From positions 1,364,001-1,428,000 of the forward strand of contig JBHGNT010000014.1 of the NCBI GenBank assembly GCA_043228905.1: 64,000 nt of DNA. The letters run 5' to 3'. How positions within the stretch are numbered: position 1 is the stretch's first letter; every line of letters begins with the position of its first letter. Origin of the DNA: Azolla caroliniana (taxonomy: Eukaryota; Plantae; Polypodiophyta). Both the position numbers and the translations under genes were made by a program. This document shows, in pieces, positions 1 through 11,153 of this stretch. The notes under the pieces were generated by a model. It saw only the letters and a list, made by a program, of their open reading frames with translations. It did no database searches and was not told where the DNA came from.

Positions 1-75
1 AGAAAGTGTAATGAGCACTCAAAACATTTGTAAATAAAATAAGACTAAAGCCTAGTAACCTTGAGTCCATACAAA

Positions 76-150
76 GGGGTGCAAGCAAGGCTTGAACCTT
101 GCACCTCCATGATAAGAGATGAATTAACTTACCACTAAAGCCACTACTAA
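76..150 (-). other. tRNA-derived (Pol III A/B-box) segment inside an LTR
   Basis: Minus strand reads GTGGCTTTAGTGGTAAG...CATGGAGGTGCAAGGTTCAAGCCTTGC (A-box and B-box at tRNA spacing). Homologous copy at 27473-27545. Confidence 0.6.
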
Positions 151-228
151 GTGCTTTAGATTTTGTATATTTTCTTCTCATATTCAATATTTCGTAGGAA
201 GCAAACATATAAAAACTGTGGGCACAAA

Positions 229-308
229 ACCATGGTTTTAGCCCGTGGTTTTAGCCCATGGTTTCAGCCCATGGTTTTAGCCTGTGGGTTTAGCCTATGG
301 TTTTTGCA
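229..308 (+). repeat. 13-bp tandem repeat (CCCATGGTTTTAG-like, about 6 copies) in LTR
   Basis: Read directly from the sequence. Confidence 0.85.
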
Positions 309-597
309 TGGAGAGACCTATAAAAGCCTATAGTGGGGCTTGTGTAAGAGACAAGTGATGTAATTAAAAAAGAAACTTTTAATCAAAATCTGAGTTATCC
401 TAATGGTGACGTATCTTGTCTCGTAAAACTAAAGTCAAGGGTTCAATCTCTAACTCAATCTCTCTCTCTCTCTCTCTTCATCCATCTATCTATCTTCAAT
501 ACTTTCTCGCTTACACTACTAAAAACTTTGAATCCTTCCGGTCCAGGACCCCGGTGGTCCCACTTCATTTCGCGAACAAGCGAGGATTTCCTCAACA

Positions 598-3500
598 AGG
601 GATCAATAGGACGATCCAGGAGAGGGTGATGGTAATGCTCCAGCAAGCCGGACTGAAGCTGGAATTCTAGGCCGAGGCATTGCAGACGGCAGTGTACCTG
701 ATAAATCTAGCGCTGTCAAGAGCAATCAAGCTCGAAGTGCCACAGGCATTATGGCCAGGCAAACAACCAACCTACGATAGGCTCCGTATATTCGGATGCG
801 AAGCCTACGCATTCACCTCTATGGACAAAAGGACGAAGTTTCCGCCCCTTGCAACAAAGTGCATATTTCTCGGTTATGGAACCGATGGGGACTTCGACTA
901 TCGGTTATGGGATCCTGAGAACCGGAAATTGATCTGGAGCAGTGACATAGTCTTCAATGAAGACTCTATCTTCTCTCAGTGGAACCAACAGAAAAAAGTT
1001 GGTAAGAAGGTATCCTTCGAAGATGACAACATTATCGTAGAAGGACCGACACTCCGGGCAGAATCGGAATCTCGACAAACATTCAAACTCCAACAAGCTA
1101 CCAACTTCCCTACCGACACCGAATCAGCGACAAGTCCTATCGTCGAACTCAAAGACAAAGTCATCAAAGACACAACCGAATCGACCAGGATCGATAAAGG
1201 CAAGGTCACCAAGAGATAAGTCAGAAAAGAGTCGACGACAACCACAGGGGAGGACAACCAAACACCGTCGAAATCCCAATATGGGGGCAAGACACTTAAC
1301 AAGACTCCTGATACAGATGGTTCAACTAATATCGATGGACCAACAGAGCTAATTGAAGGATCCGAACCAAACATCTCGGCACACATAAGATCTAGACGAG
1401 CTCAAAGGAGAATAGAGTTCTACCAACCAGGACTTGACTACGTCAACTACATGGATGCAGGTGAACCAAGCACCTATGAAGAAGCTATGGCCACATCGGA
1501 TGCCGAAACATGGCTACAAGTCATGAAATCCGAAATGAACTCGATTCATCTGAATCAAACATGGGAGCTGGTCGAACTACCTGTTGGATGGAAGCCGCTA
1601 CCTTGGAAATGGGTTTTCCGATACAAGTATGTATCCGACTCAGAGAAACCCAAGTACAAAGCTCGACTTGTCGCGAAAGGATTCAAATAGGAATACGGAG
1701 TCGACTACCACAAGATATTCTCACTAGTAGTTAAGATGACCAAAGTCATGGCGACAGAAGATCTAGAGCTCGAGCAGATGGATGTAAATACAACATTCCT
1801 ACACGGAGATCTGGAAGAAGACATATACATGTCTCAACCAGCAGGCTTCACAACGACGGGGGAGGACAATCACCTCGTATGTTGCCTAAAGAAAAGTCTA
1901 TATGGCCTAAAACAAGCATCGAGAATGTGGTACCAGAAGTTTGACTCCTACATGCGGCAGCTTGGATAGAATAGATCAGACTCCGACCCATGCATATATG
2001 TTCGGCAACTGGCCAACGAGTCAAGGATCTATCTGATCCTATACGTCGACGACATGTTGATTGCAGGAAGCAATCAAGCAGAGATTAGTAAGCTGAAGCG
2101 GAGCCTTCACGCAAAGTTCGCGATGAAGCAACTCAGACAAGCCCGAGACAAATTGGGCCCGAGGATGGAGCGAAATAGGACGACTAAAACTCCCAAGTCT
2201 CCAAGTCCGAATACATCCGCAAGGTGCTGAAGCGCGTCAACATGGAGAATGCGAAGCCAGCACCGACACCGCTTCCGACGTCGAGTGGACTATCGGACAG
2301 AGACTCTCCTTCACCGGACAAGGAGAGAAAACTTAATGGAAAAATACCCTATACTTCGGCAGTAGGAAGTATCATGTACGCAATGGTGGCGACCCGACCT
2401 GACCTAGATTATGTCGTAAGGGTGGTCAGCAGGTGTCGTGAAGTTATTGCTTCACGATGTCAAAACAATGTCAAAAAACTATAGAAAGAAATTTCCTATA
2501 TGGAGCTTGTGACGAGGAGCATGTGCAAATTTTCGGTTTGTGAATTGGATTTTAGGAGCCCAAGATACAAGCTTCAGTAGGATTAATGTTACTCGGGACA
2601 CAAATGTAATTATGTCAAAAGGGGGAGTCAAAATTAAATGAGGGCTATTTCTATAATTTCTCAAATGTACAACTACAAAATTGAATTTGTAGAATCAATA
2701 AATAAAATAATAGTAAATAAAAATAATAGAAATAATAAAAATACCAACCGCCTCAAGAGGGTGGTAGGGCGGTTGACCACCCTATATAACCCACACCCAT
2801 GGTGGCTAAAGGGGGAAAGAAGGGGAAGAAGGAGAAGAAGAGGAAGGAAAAGCAAGTGAAGAAGCTCGCGTGGGTGTGGGATGCAGAGCTCGCTAAAGAA
2901 GATGGTGGCCTGCTTAAATCAAGACAAGAGTTATAGAAAAGAAATATAATATAAGAAAAGGATGAAGTTGAATTGGTGTATTTCAAATGCCTCTTTGTAA
3001 ACAAAACGTCATGAGTTTGATTCCTCTTAGAGCAAGTTCTTTTGGTAATGAAAATCTAGTATTTATAAAGTGAAAGAGAAAGAGAAAAACAAATAAATAG
3101 AAACCAAGGAGATTGAAGTGGTCTATCTCAAATGCTTCTTTGCAAATAGAGTTTGTGAGTTCAAGTCTTGCCAAGTAACTTTTGGCAAATAAATTCTAAG
3201 TGGTTGTTTTACAATAAAATCCTTTTCGCGACAACATCGCATCTATCTTGCTTTCTCGGCTTCTTGTCATCGCACCATCTGCGATTACGCCTTGTCACTT
3301 CGATCATCCCCGAGTCACAGAACCCCGGCAGTTGCGACACACAACCACAATCTTCTCGACACAAATTTGGTGAACCCGGCGTGAAGTGTTGCTGACAAGG
3401 GGAGTTTCAGAGTTAAAGTTTTCCAAAGAGAAGGTCGGAAAATCAAAGAAAATGGCGGATAAAGGTGCCAACACAGAGATGGCAAATAAGGGCTTCAATA

Positions 3501-6409
3501 AAGAGATGGCAAGTTTCATGATGAGAATGATGAATCGGATGTTTCAAGAGAAAAGTGCAATGAACCGGATGGAAAGTGAGTTAACGGTCGCCGTACAAAC
3601 GGTCATCGAGAGGATAAGCATATTTAATGGCGAGGACATCACTCGGTTCCTCGAGGTCTACGAATATGAGATGGCCAGTAGAGGGGCAACCGGGGTACAA
3701 ATAGTGTCACATATCAACTGGGTGTGCACACTTAATGGCCGAGCAAGGGTAACAGAATTATCGGAGAAATTCCGTGAAGATTGGGCCGGGTTTCGTCAAG
3801 CATTGCTTGATGAATATATGCTAGACGACCAGACCAGAATGTCAAAGAAAAGCTTTCTCGAATAGACCGAGAAAGGGGGTAAAGGACTCTCAGTGTTAGA
3901 GTTGCTGAGAGAGTTCAAGAAAAGATATAATGATCTCTAAATGAAAGACCGAGAACTATTACAGTCAGAAAAGGTGGATTTATTCATCCAAGCGGCAGAT
4001 AAATCTTTTAGAAAAGATATCACTATCCTTCTAGAAGACCAGACAAGCGCAACCGGTTTGGTGTCCGATTAGGCGAAAGTACCCAAGGATTGTCGAGTAC
4101 TAAGAAGGAGGGAGCTAAGGATGGAGGATGGCTATGACAATAGAATAAAGACAACAACCAAAGAACATCCAAAACAAGAATCGGGAACCCAAATGGATGT
4201 TGGCAAAGGAAAGGTGCTAGAATCTACGATTGATGAACTGATAAAGGGAATGTGGGATCTACAACTCAAGTTCACAAAGCTTGAGAAGGGTGAAAGCTCG
4301 TGTGTTAGACAAAAGCCCAATGAAGGAGAGAAGGGTGAATTCATCCGCTGATGCATATGGTGCGGTAGCATGGAGCACCAAAAAAGGGATTGTTAGAGCC
4401 ATAAGGAAGCATTAGAAAGAAATGTTATCTTCTATCAAAATGGGAGAATCCACTCCTCGGAGACCCGACAACCCCTAAAAACCAACTTCAGCAAAGGTGG
4501 GATGAAGAAAGTGATGGAGGACGAAGAGTCAAAGAATGTTCAGGCAATGTACTTTTTTACTACCTCCGGATTCAAGGTTGATGATCCCCAGATTGGATCG
4601 GAATTCTGGGGAAAAGTGATAAAGTCTGCTACTAACAAAAGAGTCCAGCCACAGGACTTACGAAAGGCTGGTGACGAGATAAGGAGTAGTATTGGGTGGA
4701 ATGACCCATTAGATACACACACTGCGATCGCCAAGATAGCATGGGTGAATGCCCACGAGGTGACAGTCGAAGAAAAACGAAGGAGAACTGAAGAAGCGGG
4801 GCCTTCTATAAAACCGGAGACCCAAGAACAAAAGAGACGAGAAACTAAACGAGAAGAAGAGGAAGGAAAAGCAAGTGAAGAAGCTCGCGTGGGTGTGGGA
4901 TGCAGAGCTCACTAAAGAAGATGGTGGCCTGCTTAAATCAAGACAAGAGTTATAGAAAAGAAAGGAAATACAAGAAAAGGAAGAAGTTGAAGTGATGTAT
5001 CTCAAATGCCTCTTTGTAAACAAAACATCATGAGTTTGATTCCTCTTAGAACAACTTATTTTGGTAATGAAATTTTGTAATATAAATTTATTATTTATAA
5101 AGTGAAAGTGAAAGAGAAAAACAAATAAATAGAAACCAAGGAGATTGAAGTGGTCTATCTCAAACGCTTCTTCTCAAATAGAGTTCATGAGTTCAAGTCT
5201 TGCCAAGTAGCTTTTGGCAAATAAATATTGTAAGTGGTTGTTTTACAATAAAATCCTTTTCACGACAACGTCGTATCTATCTTGCTTTCTCGGCTTCTTG
5301 TCATCCTGCGATTACGCCTTGTCATCCCGATCATCCCCGAGTCACAGAACCCCGACGGTTGCGACACACAACCACAATCTTCTCGACACCGGTACATGTC
5401 AAACCTAGGAAAGAAGAATTGGGAGGCCGTCAAGCACATCCTTAGGTATCTAAAAGAAACCCTGGATGCACAACTAACTTTCAAACTGACAACCTTAGCC
5501 GAAGTCGAAGGCTACACCGATTCCGACTATGCCGTAAATGCAGATAATCGGAAATCGACATCAGGCTACATCTTCACCTATGGTGGCAGGGCGATATCAT
5601 CGAGGTCGAAACTTCAAGAGTGCATGGCTCTGTTTACCATAGAAGCCAAGTACATAGCAGCATCGGAAGCAGCGAAGGAAGCAATCTGGCTTCACCGACT
5701 GGCTACCGACGTCAAAACTGCAAACCGAAACGACCGACCATCTATTGTGACTCACAGAACGCAATACACCTCAGCAACAATCCCGTCTATCATGCGAAGA
5801 TGAAGCACATTGAGGTGCCGTATCATCATATCCGAGAGCTCATAAATGAAAAGAAACTCAAAGTCCAGAAGATCGACACCGAGGTGAACATCGTCGATTG
5901 CTTGACGAAGCCACTCCCAGATCTACGCTTCAGAGCACTAAGGACGAAAATGGGGCTACTACAAGCGACCGAGCAGAAGAAAGCCGAACGAGGAGTAGAA
6001 GGTAATATTTTATCAGAACACTAACGACACATCCTATACATCTACCGACTTGACTGCATGATGACTGACTTGTAACATATAAACTTAGATCAATTTTGTA
6101 ATCTAGGCTAATGGGGGAGATAACCCAAATACTTGTACATGCAAGAAAGAGTAGTCCTTTTACGGGGGAGTTTGTTGGCACAAAAGGCCAACTCCTTTCA
6201 AGTTGTATCCGTCTGAGTGTGAACTCGTCAATAAGTTAGGGATTAGTATATAAGCGAATACCTAACATTGTAATGAGTGATGGTGAGAAGAGTATTGGAT
6301 CTCTGAGTGAAAATGAAGTAATAAGAAGCTTTCCATTAAAGCTCGAAGTTGTCTAAGTCTTCATTCACGGTATTTTCTGTGTGTGTTGTTTTCCGAGAAT
6401 AAGTGAACA
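598..6409 (+). mobile_element. Degenerate Ty1/copia retrotransposon (integrase C-term, RT, RNase H, PPT, 3' LTR about 6173-6409), interrupted by a gypsy element at 2434-5388
   Basis: ORF motifs LRIFGCEAY/KCIFLGY, YKARLVAKGF, QMDVNTTFLHG, LYVDDML, GYTDSDYA, KHIEVPYH. PPT GGGGGAG at about 6164 followed by TGTTGG. Stops and frameshifts present. Confidence 0.9.
2434..5388 (+). mobile_element. Internally deleted Ty3/gypsy element: 5' LTR 2434-3361, tRNA-Trp PBS, decayed gag, partial 3' LTR about 4852-5388
   Basis: TGTCGTG...CTCGACA termini. About 2830-3361 is repeated at about 4852-5388. PBS TGGTGAACCCGGCGTGA at 3368. gag is homologous to 61046+ and has a decayed CxxC zinc knuckle. Flanks CAGG/CCGG split the copia VVSR|YMSN coding. 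Confidence 0.85.
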
Positions 6410-6428
6410 GGTCCGCAAACATTTCCGC

Positions 6429-6435
6429 ATACATA

Positions 6436-6488
<53 letters not shown>
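6429..6488. repeat. (TACA)n(TA)n microsatellite
   Basis: Read directly from the sequence. Confidence 0.95.
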
Positions 6489-6489
6489 C

Positions 6490-7313
6490 AACATGTCTGA
6501 TGCGGCCAAACAAGCCTTATGGCTCGGTCGACTAGCGTGCACGTCTTGACCAGCTGACTCTAATTTGACTCCAATTCCTATAGCGACAGTCAAGGTATTG
6601 TCACTCTGTCCAAAAATCCGGTTCATCAAAATGCCTCAAAACATATCTATTCGATATCACTTTATTCATGATTGCATCATTTCAGGAATAATCGGCCTTG
6701 ACAAAATATAAACGGCCGATAATGTAGCAGATGGGATGACCAAGTGTCTTCCAGCAGACCAATTCCGGTCTCTTCAGCACCAAATGGGCATAAGGAAATA
6801 TCATCCCAATTGAATTGAACACAAGGATGCCTACGGACAATTGGTCTTGACACCTTTACGATTCTGCTTTAGCTGATCCGGCTTTTTGTTTCTCAGCCAT
6901 TGCCGATTTGGCTACAAGCTAATTAGTCCAACACCCTCTTTGTATAAATCTGTAACCTTGCTCTTTAATTTACAGATTTTTGTTGTATACGCCCATTACA
7001 GGGGAGTGTCGAATACGGGTGTATGATCGACGTATTCACATTATCCCATTGGATAGACTAGGTTTAGGACAATTATGTAAATATGTCAAAGGGCAGTTAC
7101 CCTAGCCCAGTTGGTATATAACTGGCTTTGTAACCTAGTTATTTAGTATTGTTGATAGTGTCATTCTAGTATTGTAACATTTGAATAATACAGTTACTCA
7201 GTTCGTGCCTCTTGGTGTCTCTTCTGTCTTTGTCTCTCCCCATTGTTGATCTTGACCCCTATCAGTTGCTTGTTGATTACTTCAATCTATTCATCTTATT
7301 CTTCTATTTAACA
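6490..7313 (+). mobile_element. Copia 3' remnant (RNase H C-term, PPT, LTR about 7007-7313)
   Basis: AAKQALWLGRL and DNVADGMTKCL coding; PPT AGGGGAG followed by TGTCGAATAC. Same family is on the minus strand at 41065-42155. Confidence 0.7.
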
Positions 7314-9478
7314 TCAAGTCTATGTTTCCTAATACTATGATGTTGTGCTTGTTTCACCTCTGACGGTCTCCACTCCTAACAAAAGGGGTAGTGTCGAAGA
7401 TGTAGGATGGTGTAGTTTGATTAGGGGCAGGCATAGTGAGTTGTCGACGGAGGAGGTAAGGATGACATTGTTAGATCAAATCATATTGATGGTTGGGGTA
7501 CCACAAAAAGAAGTCGAAATAGACTAGTTTTAACCAATAATTTTGTGTACAAAGGGTATAGAGTTCAAATTTTAACCAATACAAGAAGGAGACTAGATTT
7601 TTATACATTTATGTAAAGCAAGTAACCAACCATTTAGTGCAATAGGTGGCACATTCTCTCTATAAAATGAGGGGAGGAGGTTTTCTTGAGAGCTTCATTT
7701 TTCTCCCTCAACATTAGGGATAACTGGGTTTGTCTTGATTGTAGAGTTATTGCTAGTTGTGAATTGCGGGAAGGGGGAGTGTTAGGGTATGCTTAAGAGT
7801 GTGTCCTTGTCTCTTGTCACATGGTGGATTCCTCATTAACATCGTCTGGATTAAATAAGGTACAACTGGACTCATTTGCATTTGAGTCTGCCCTCTTATT
7901 TGAGAGGCCCTATCTCGTGGTTCATTTGAATGTTTACTCCCTAGATGCATCCTCTTACAAAGTATCTCAAATGCAAACTTGTGTTCTACGAGGACCCCTT
8001 CTATTTCCTCGGTCACTGTATCAAGTACCCCCCACCCCCCCTTTGGCTAGTTAGGAGAGCCATATTTGGATTTCTTTATCTACATCCCTTAGCTCAACAA
8101 TGAACTCTTGGTGTTGTTGCGCTAAAACTAATTGGTCTATGCCTAGGTTTTATGGGTGGGCATTGTGCAACAGGCACACCAGGTTCTTGTCCTCTATTGA
8201 TATCAAGTTGTAGTGTTCCTCCAAGTGCCAACTAGCCTTTATAGCACCATTCCCAAACTTAGGTTCCTCCCTTGGTTGTGGTATATTAACCTCATTGTGT
8301 AAGGATTGTGTGGGTCAGAATTTGAACAAAGCCCCCATATTGTCTTTCCCACACAACATATTTAATTTGCATATACACTCATATCTAGAAAAGTGTTTTA
8401 ATTCTGATCCTGTGTAAGGTTAAGTTTCAAGGTATGTCATTGAGATGGAGATCTTGTACCTTGAGCATTGGACTTGGATGCAAGTGTCGGGCTTGAAGGT
8501 TGAGTCCTCAACTCCAGCATTTTAGCTACGATGTCAACTGACAACAGCTCTTTGTACTTTATTTGAGATTTAAAAAATTTATTGATGGCTTAAATCTTTG
8601 AGTTTGTACCTTGTCAGTCAAATCAGCAAAACAAATAAACTTTAAATACGCTAATGACAATGAAAATGAAAGTTAAAACTAATCTTTGGCCCATTTGTAG
8701 GTAAGCCTAATCATTCAACTCACAATGAATATATGCGAGCAATGGCAAGAGAGAGAGCTCAAATATAAACCATTGAAAGGGCTCAAGACTAAGGATTGGA
8801 AAAATAACTAAAAAGTCAAAAAATGACTTTCATGGCTATTTTACATTGGGTTTGTCCCTTTCACATTGGAGTGACCATTTGACCTAAAGCTTTAGGAGCC
8901 AATTTGTTTTATCCCCTTTGACATTAGAATAGCCATTTGGTCTAAAGCTTTAGGATCCAATTTGTTCAATCCCCCCTTTTCTCTTCATCTTGCCCTTAAT
9001 GTAGTACCCATGCCATGCCTAATATCTTCACATGAACACTTAACCATACGTAATAATTTAAATGAATAAACAACCAAGAATTGTACAATAAAATCAATAG
9101 ACAGAAGATGATTGACACTGTATTCCTCAACTAGTCGAACGGGTCTATATTATTATCCAGCCGTAATAATATAGACCCTAAATATATGTGTAAAACAATC
9201 TATTCCTCAACTAGTTGAGCCTTACAATACAATGGGTAGATGAATATTAGAATGATTAGGCTTAGATGTAATGATTAGGAGATAAAGAGAGTGAGGGCTC
9301 AAAATAATTAAGAAGACGACATAAAAAGCTTATAGATTTTCTTTTATAACTATTTTGTAATATGTTTTTCTTACATGTATCCTTTTGTTTTGAGGGTTTA
9401 CATATCTTTCTTGATCTTCTTTTATGTTCCATTCTCTAATTTAGCCTTAGATGGAGTTTTGTCCGTCCTAGGCTTAAT

Positions 9479-11153
9479 AACATTGTATTCCACAAAGAGA
9501 GTTTGTATGACTCATGAAGTTACTCATAGATGTGCTCAAATTGATGGATTTAATAGCACAATGGATGTTTTAGTTCCATGAATAGATACTATATTACAAC
9601 CATAAGTTTAGACAGATGAGTCATTGCTCCTCAACCTTTGCCATAATGTGTATGTGGCAATATCCTTGAAAGCCTTAGTATATTTATGTTTACATGTCTT
9701 CCCACTTATGTTGCTTTGTACACACATGCACATGCACATACATATCCATCTATAGTTACATATTATAAGCATGTATATACGTCTACTAACACACATGTAC
9801 TAACAAACAAGGAATCGTGTCATTCTGAATTATGACACCAAGAAACGAAAGCGTCAAGTTCTTATTGGTTCCATTTACCTTGATGGCTTTGTGTGTACAA
9901 TATGTTGAGAGCCATTTTTATGTTAAATTCATCAAGCAAAATCATGTTTAACTTCGTTGTATCTTCAACAAAAAATATTCTTACAAAGGCTCACTTTTCT
10001 AAGATAAACATACATTGGGTGGATTTCTACAAAATAATTTGTGACTAAGCAACCACTTACTACATATGGTTTGGCAACAATATATACTTTCGTTTTCACT
10101 CTTTGTTTACAAAGTTGTAACACATTCTTACAAAGACTCACTTTTCTAAGCCAAACATACATTGGGTGGATTTCTACAAAATAATTTGTGACTAAGCAAC
10201 TACTCACTACATATGGTTTGGCAACAATATATACTTTCGTTTTCACTCTTTGTTTACAAAGTTGTAACACATCCTTTTTGGAGTTGCGAATACGCATTAT
10301 TGGAAATGTGACAATGTCAATGATGTCAGCATTCTTTTAAGAGTTCCATAAAAGGCAATGTTATCGTGTTCAACGATTTTCATACCCTTGAGCTAATTGA
10401 ATATAGAAACCAAAAACTCGATACTCCACATGCATATAGGTGGGTCCTACATCTTTAGCTTTGTTTTTCCTTACAATGTGCGTTGACCAATAAACCCTCT
10501 TGTTTACTATATGATGATATCAAAGGCTTTGTTTTTTGGAGTAAAGGCCAACAATACCGTATTTATTCTTCCAACAATTGCAAGGGTGTACAAACCATTC
10601 TTTTTGGGAACATGCAACAATAACCATAACATATAAACGCAAGATCATCTATGATAACCATAACATAACACCACAAGCTAATCTATGGCATCATGTTTGC
10701 ACATTTCTAAGCAATAAATCTTTTTATTATAACATCCAAATTGTGAAGTATAAATGCGATTTGCTCAATCATGCGATTTGCTCAATGTTCAATGATGAAA
10801 GATTCATTAGATAATAGTCTAAAGTAAACCGCCACCGTTAAAATGTTCAATGATATTTAACGTTCAAGGTTTCACCAGATAATTACTCTCGACTAACCTA
10901 TGGTGCAAGTTGCTTGATGTTAAATGTTCAATGAATCATTTGTCCTTAGAAAAACTGGAGCACATGCTGGTTTGAAATTGTGAAGAAAAATTGGTTGATT
11001 TGAGACACTCCTAAATTAAAACATAAAAGAATTATATAAATACACGAAGTTATACAGAATCTTCTCAATGCGGACTTATTGTATCTTTAATGGGGGGGCA
11101 TAGAATTAATAATTGCACGGGCATGTACAAGAAATATTTCGAGGGGACATTAT
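9479..11153 (-). repeat. 3' flank of 4CL-like copy 1, inverted duplicate of 45305-46873
   Basis: Collinear reverse-complement similarity, e.g. AACATTGTATTCCACAAAGAGAGTTTGTATG at 9479 vs CATACAAACTCTCTTCGTAGAATACAATGTT ending 46873. Confidence 0.85.
9976..10270. repeat. 147-bp tandem duplication
   Basis: ACATTGGGTGGATTTCTAC at 10012 and 10159. Only one copy in the paralogous flank at about 46355-46475. Confidence 0.9.

Larger units (their letters stand above)
1..597 (+). mobile_element. 3' portion of a gypsy-type LTR (cut by window start) inserted into a copia integrase
   Basis: Ends ...GATTTCCTCAACA at 597, where copia integrase coding (INRTIQERV) resumes. 390-597 is clearly similar to the reverse complement of 22079-22330, which ends ...TTTTCACGACA. 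Confidence 0.65.

Noticed and set aside
7380-9400. Additional LTR elements (PPT+TG at about 7392 and 7780, short duplications at about 8860-8975)
   Set aside because: Probably old TE debris, but no matching ends, TSDs or coding motifs could be established.
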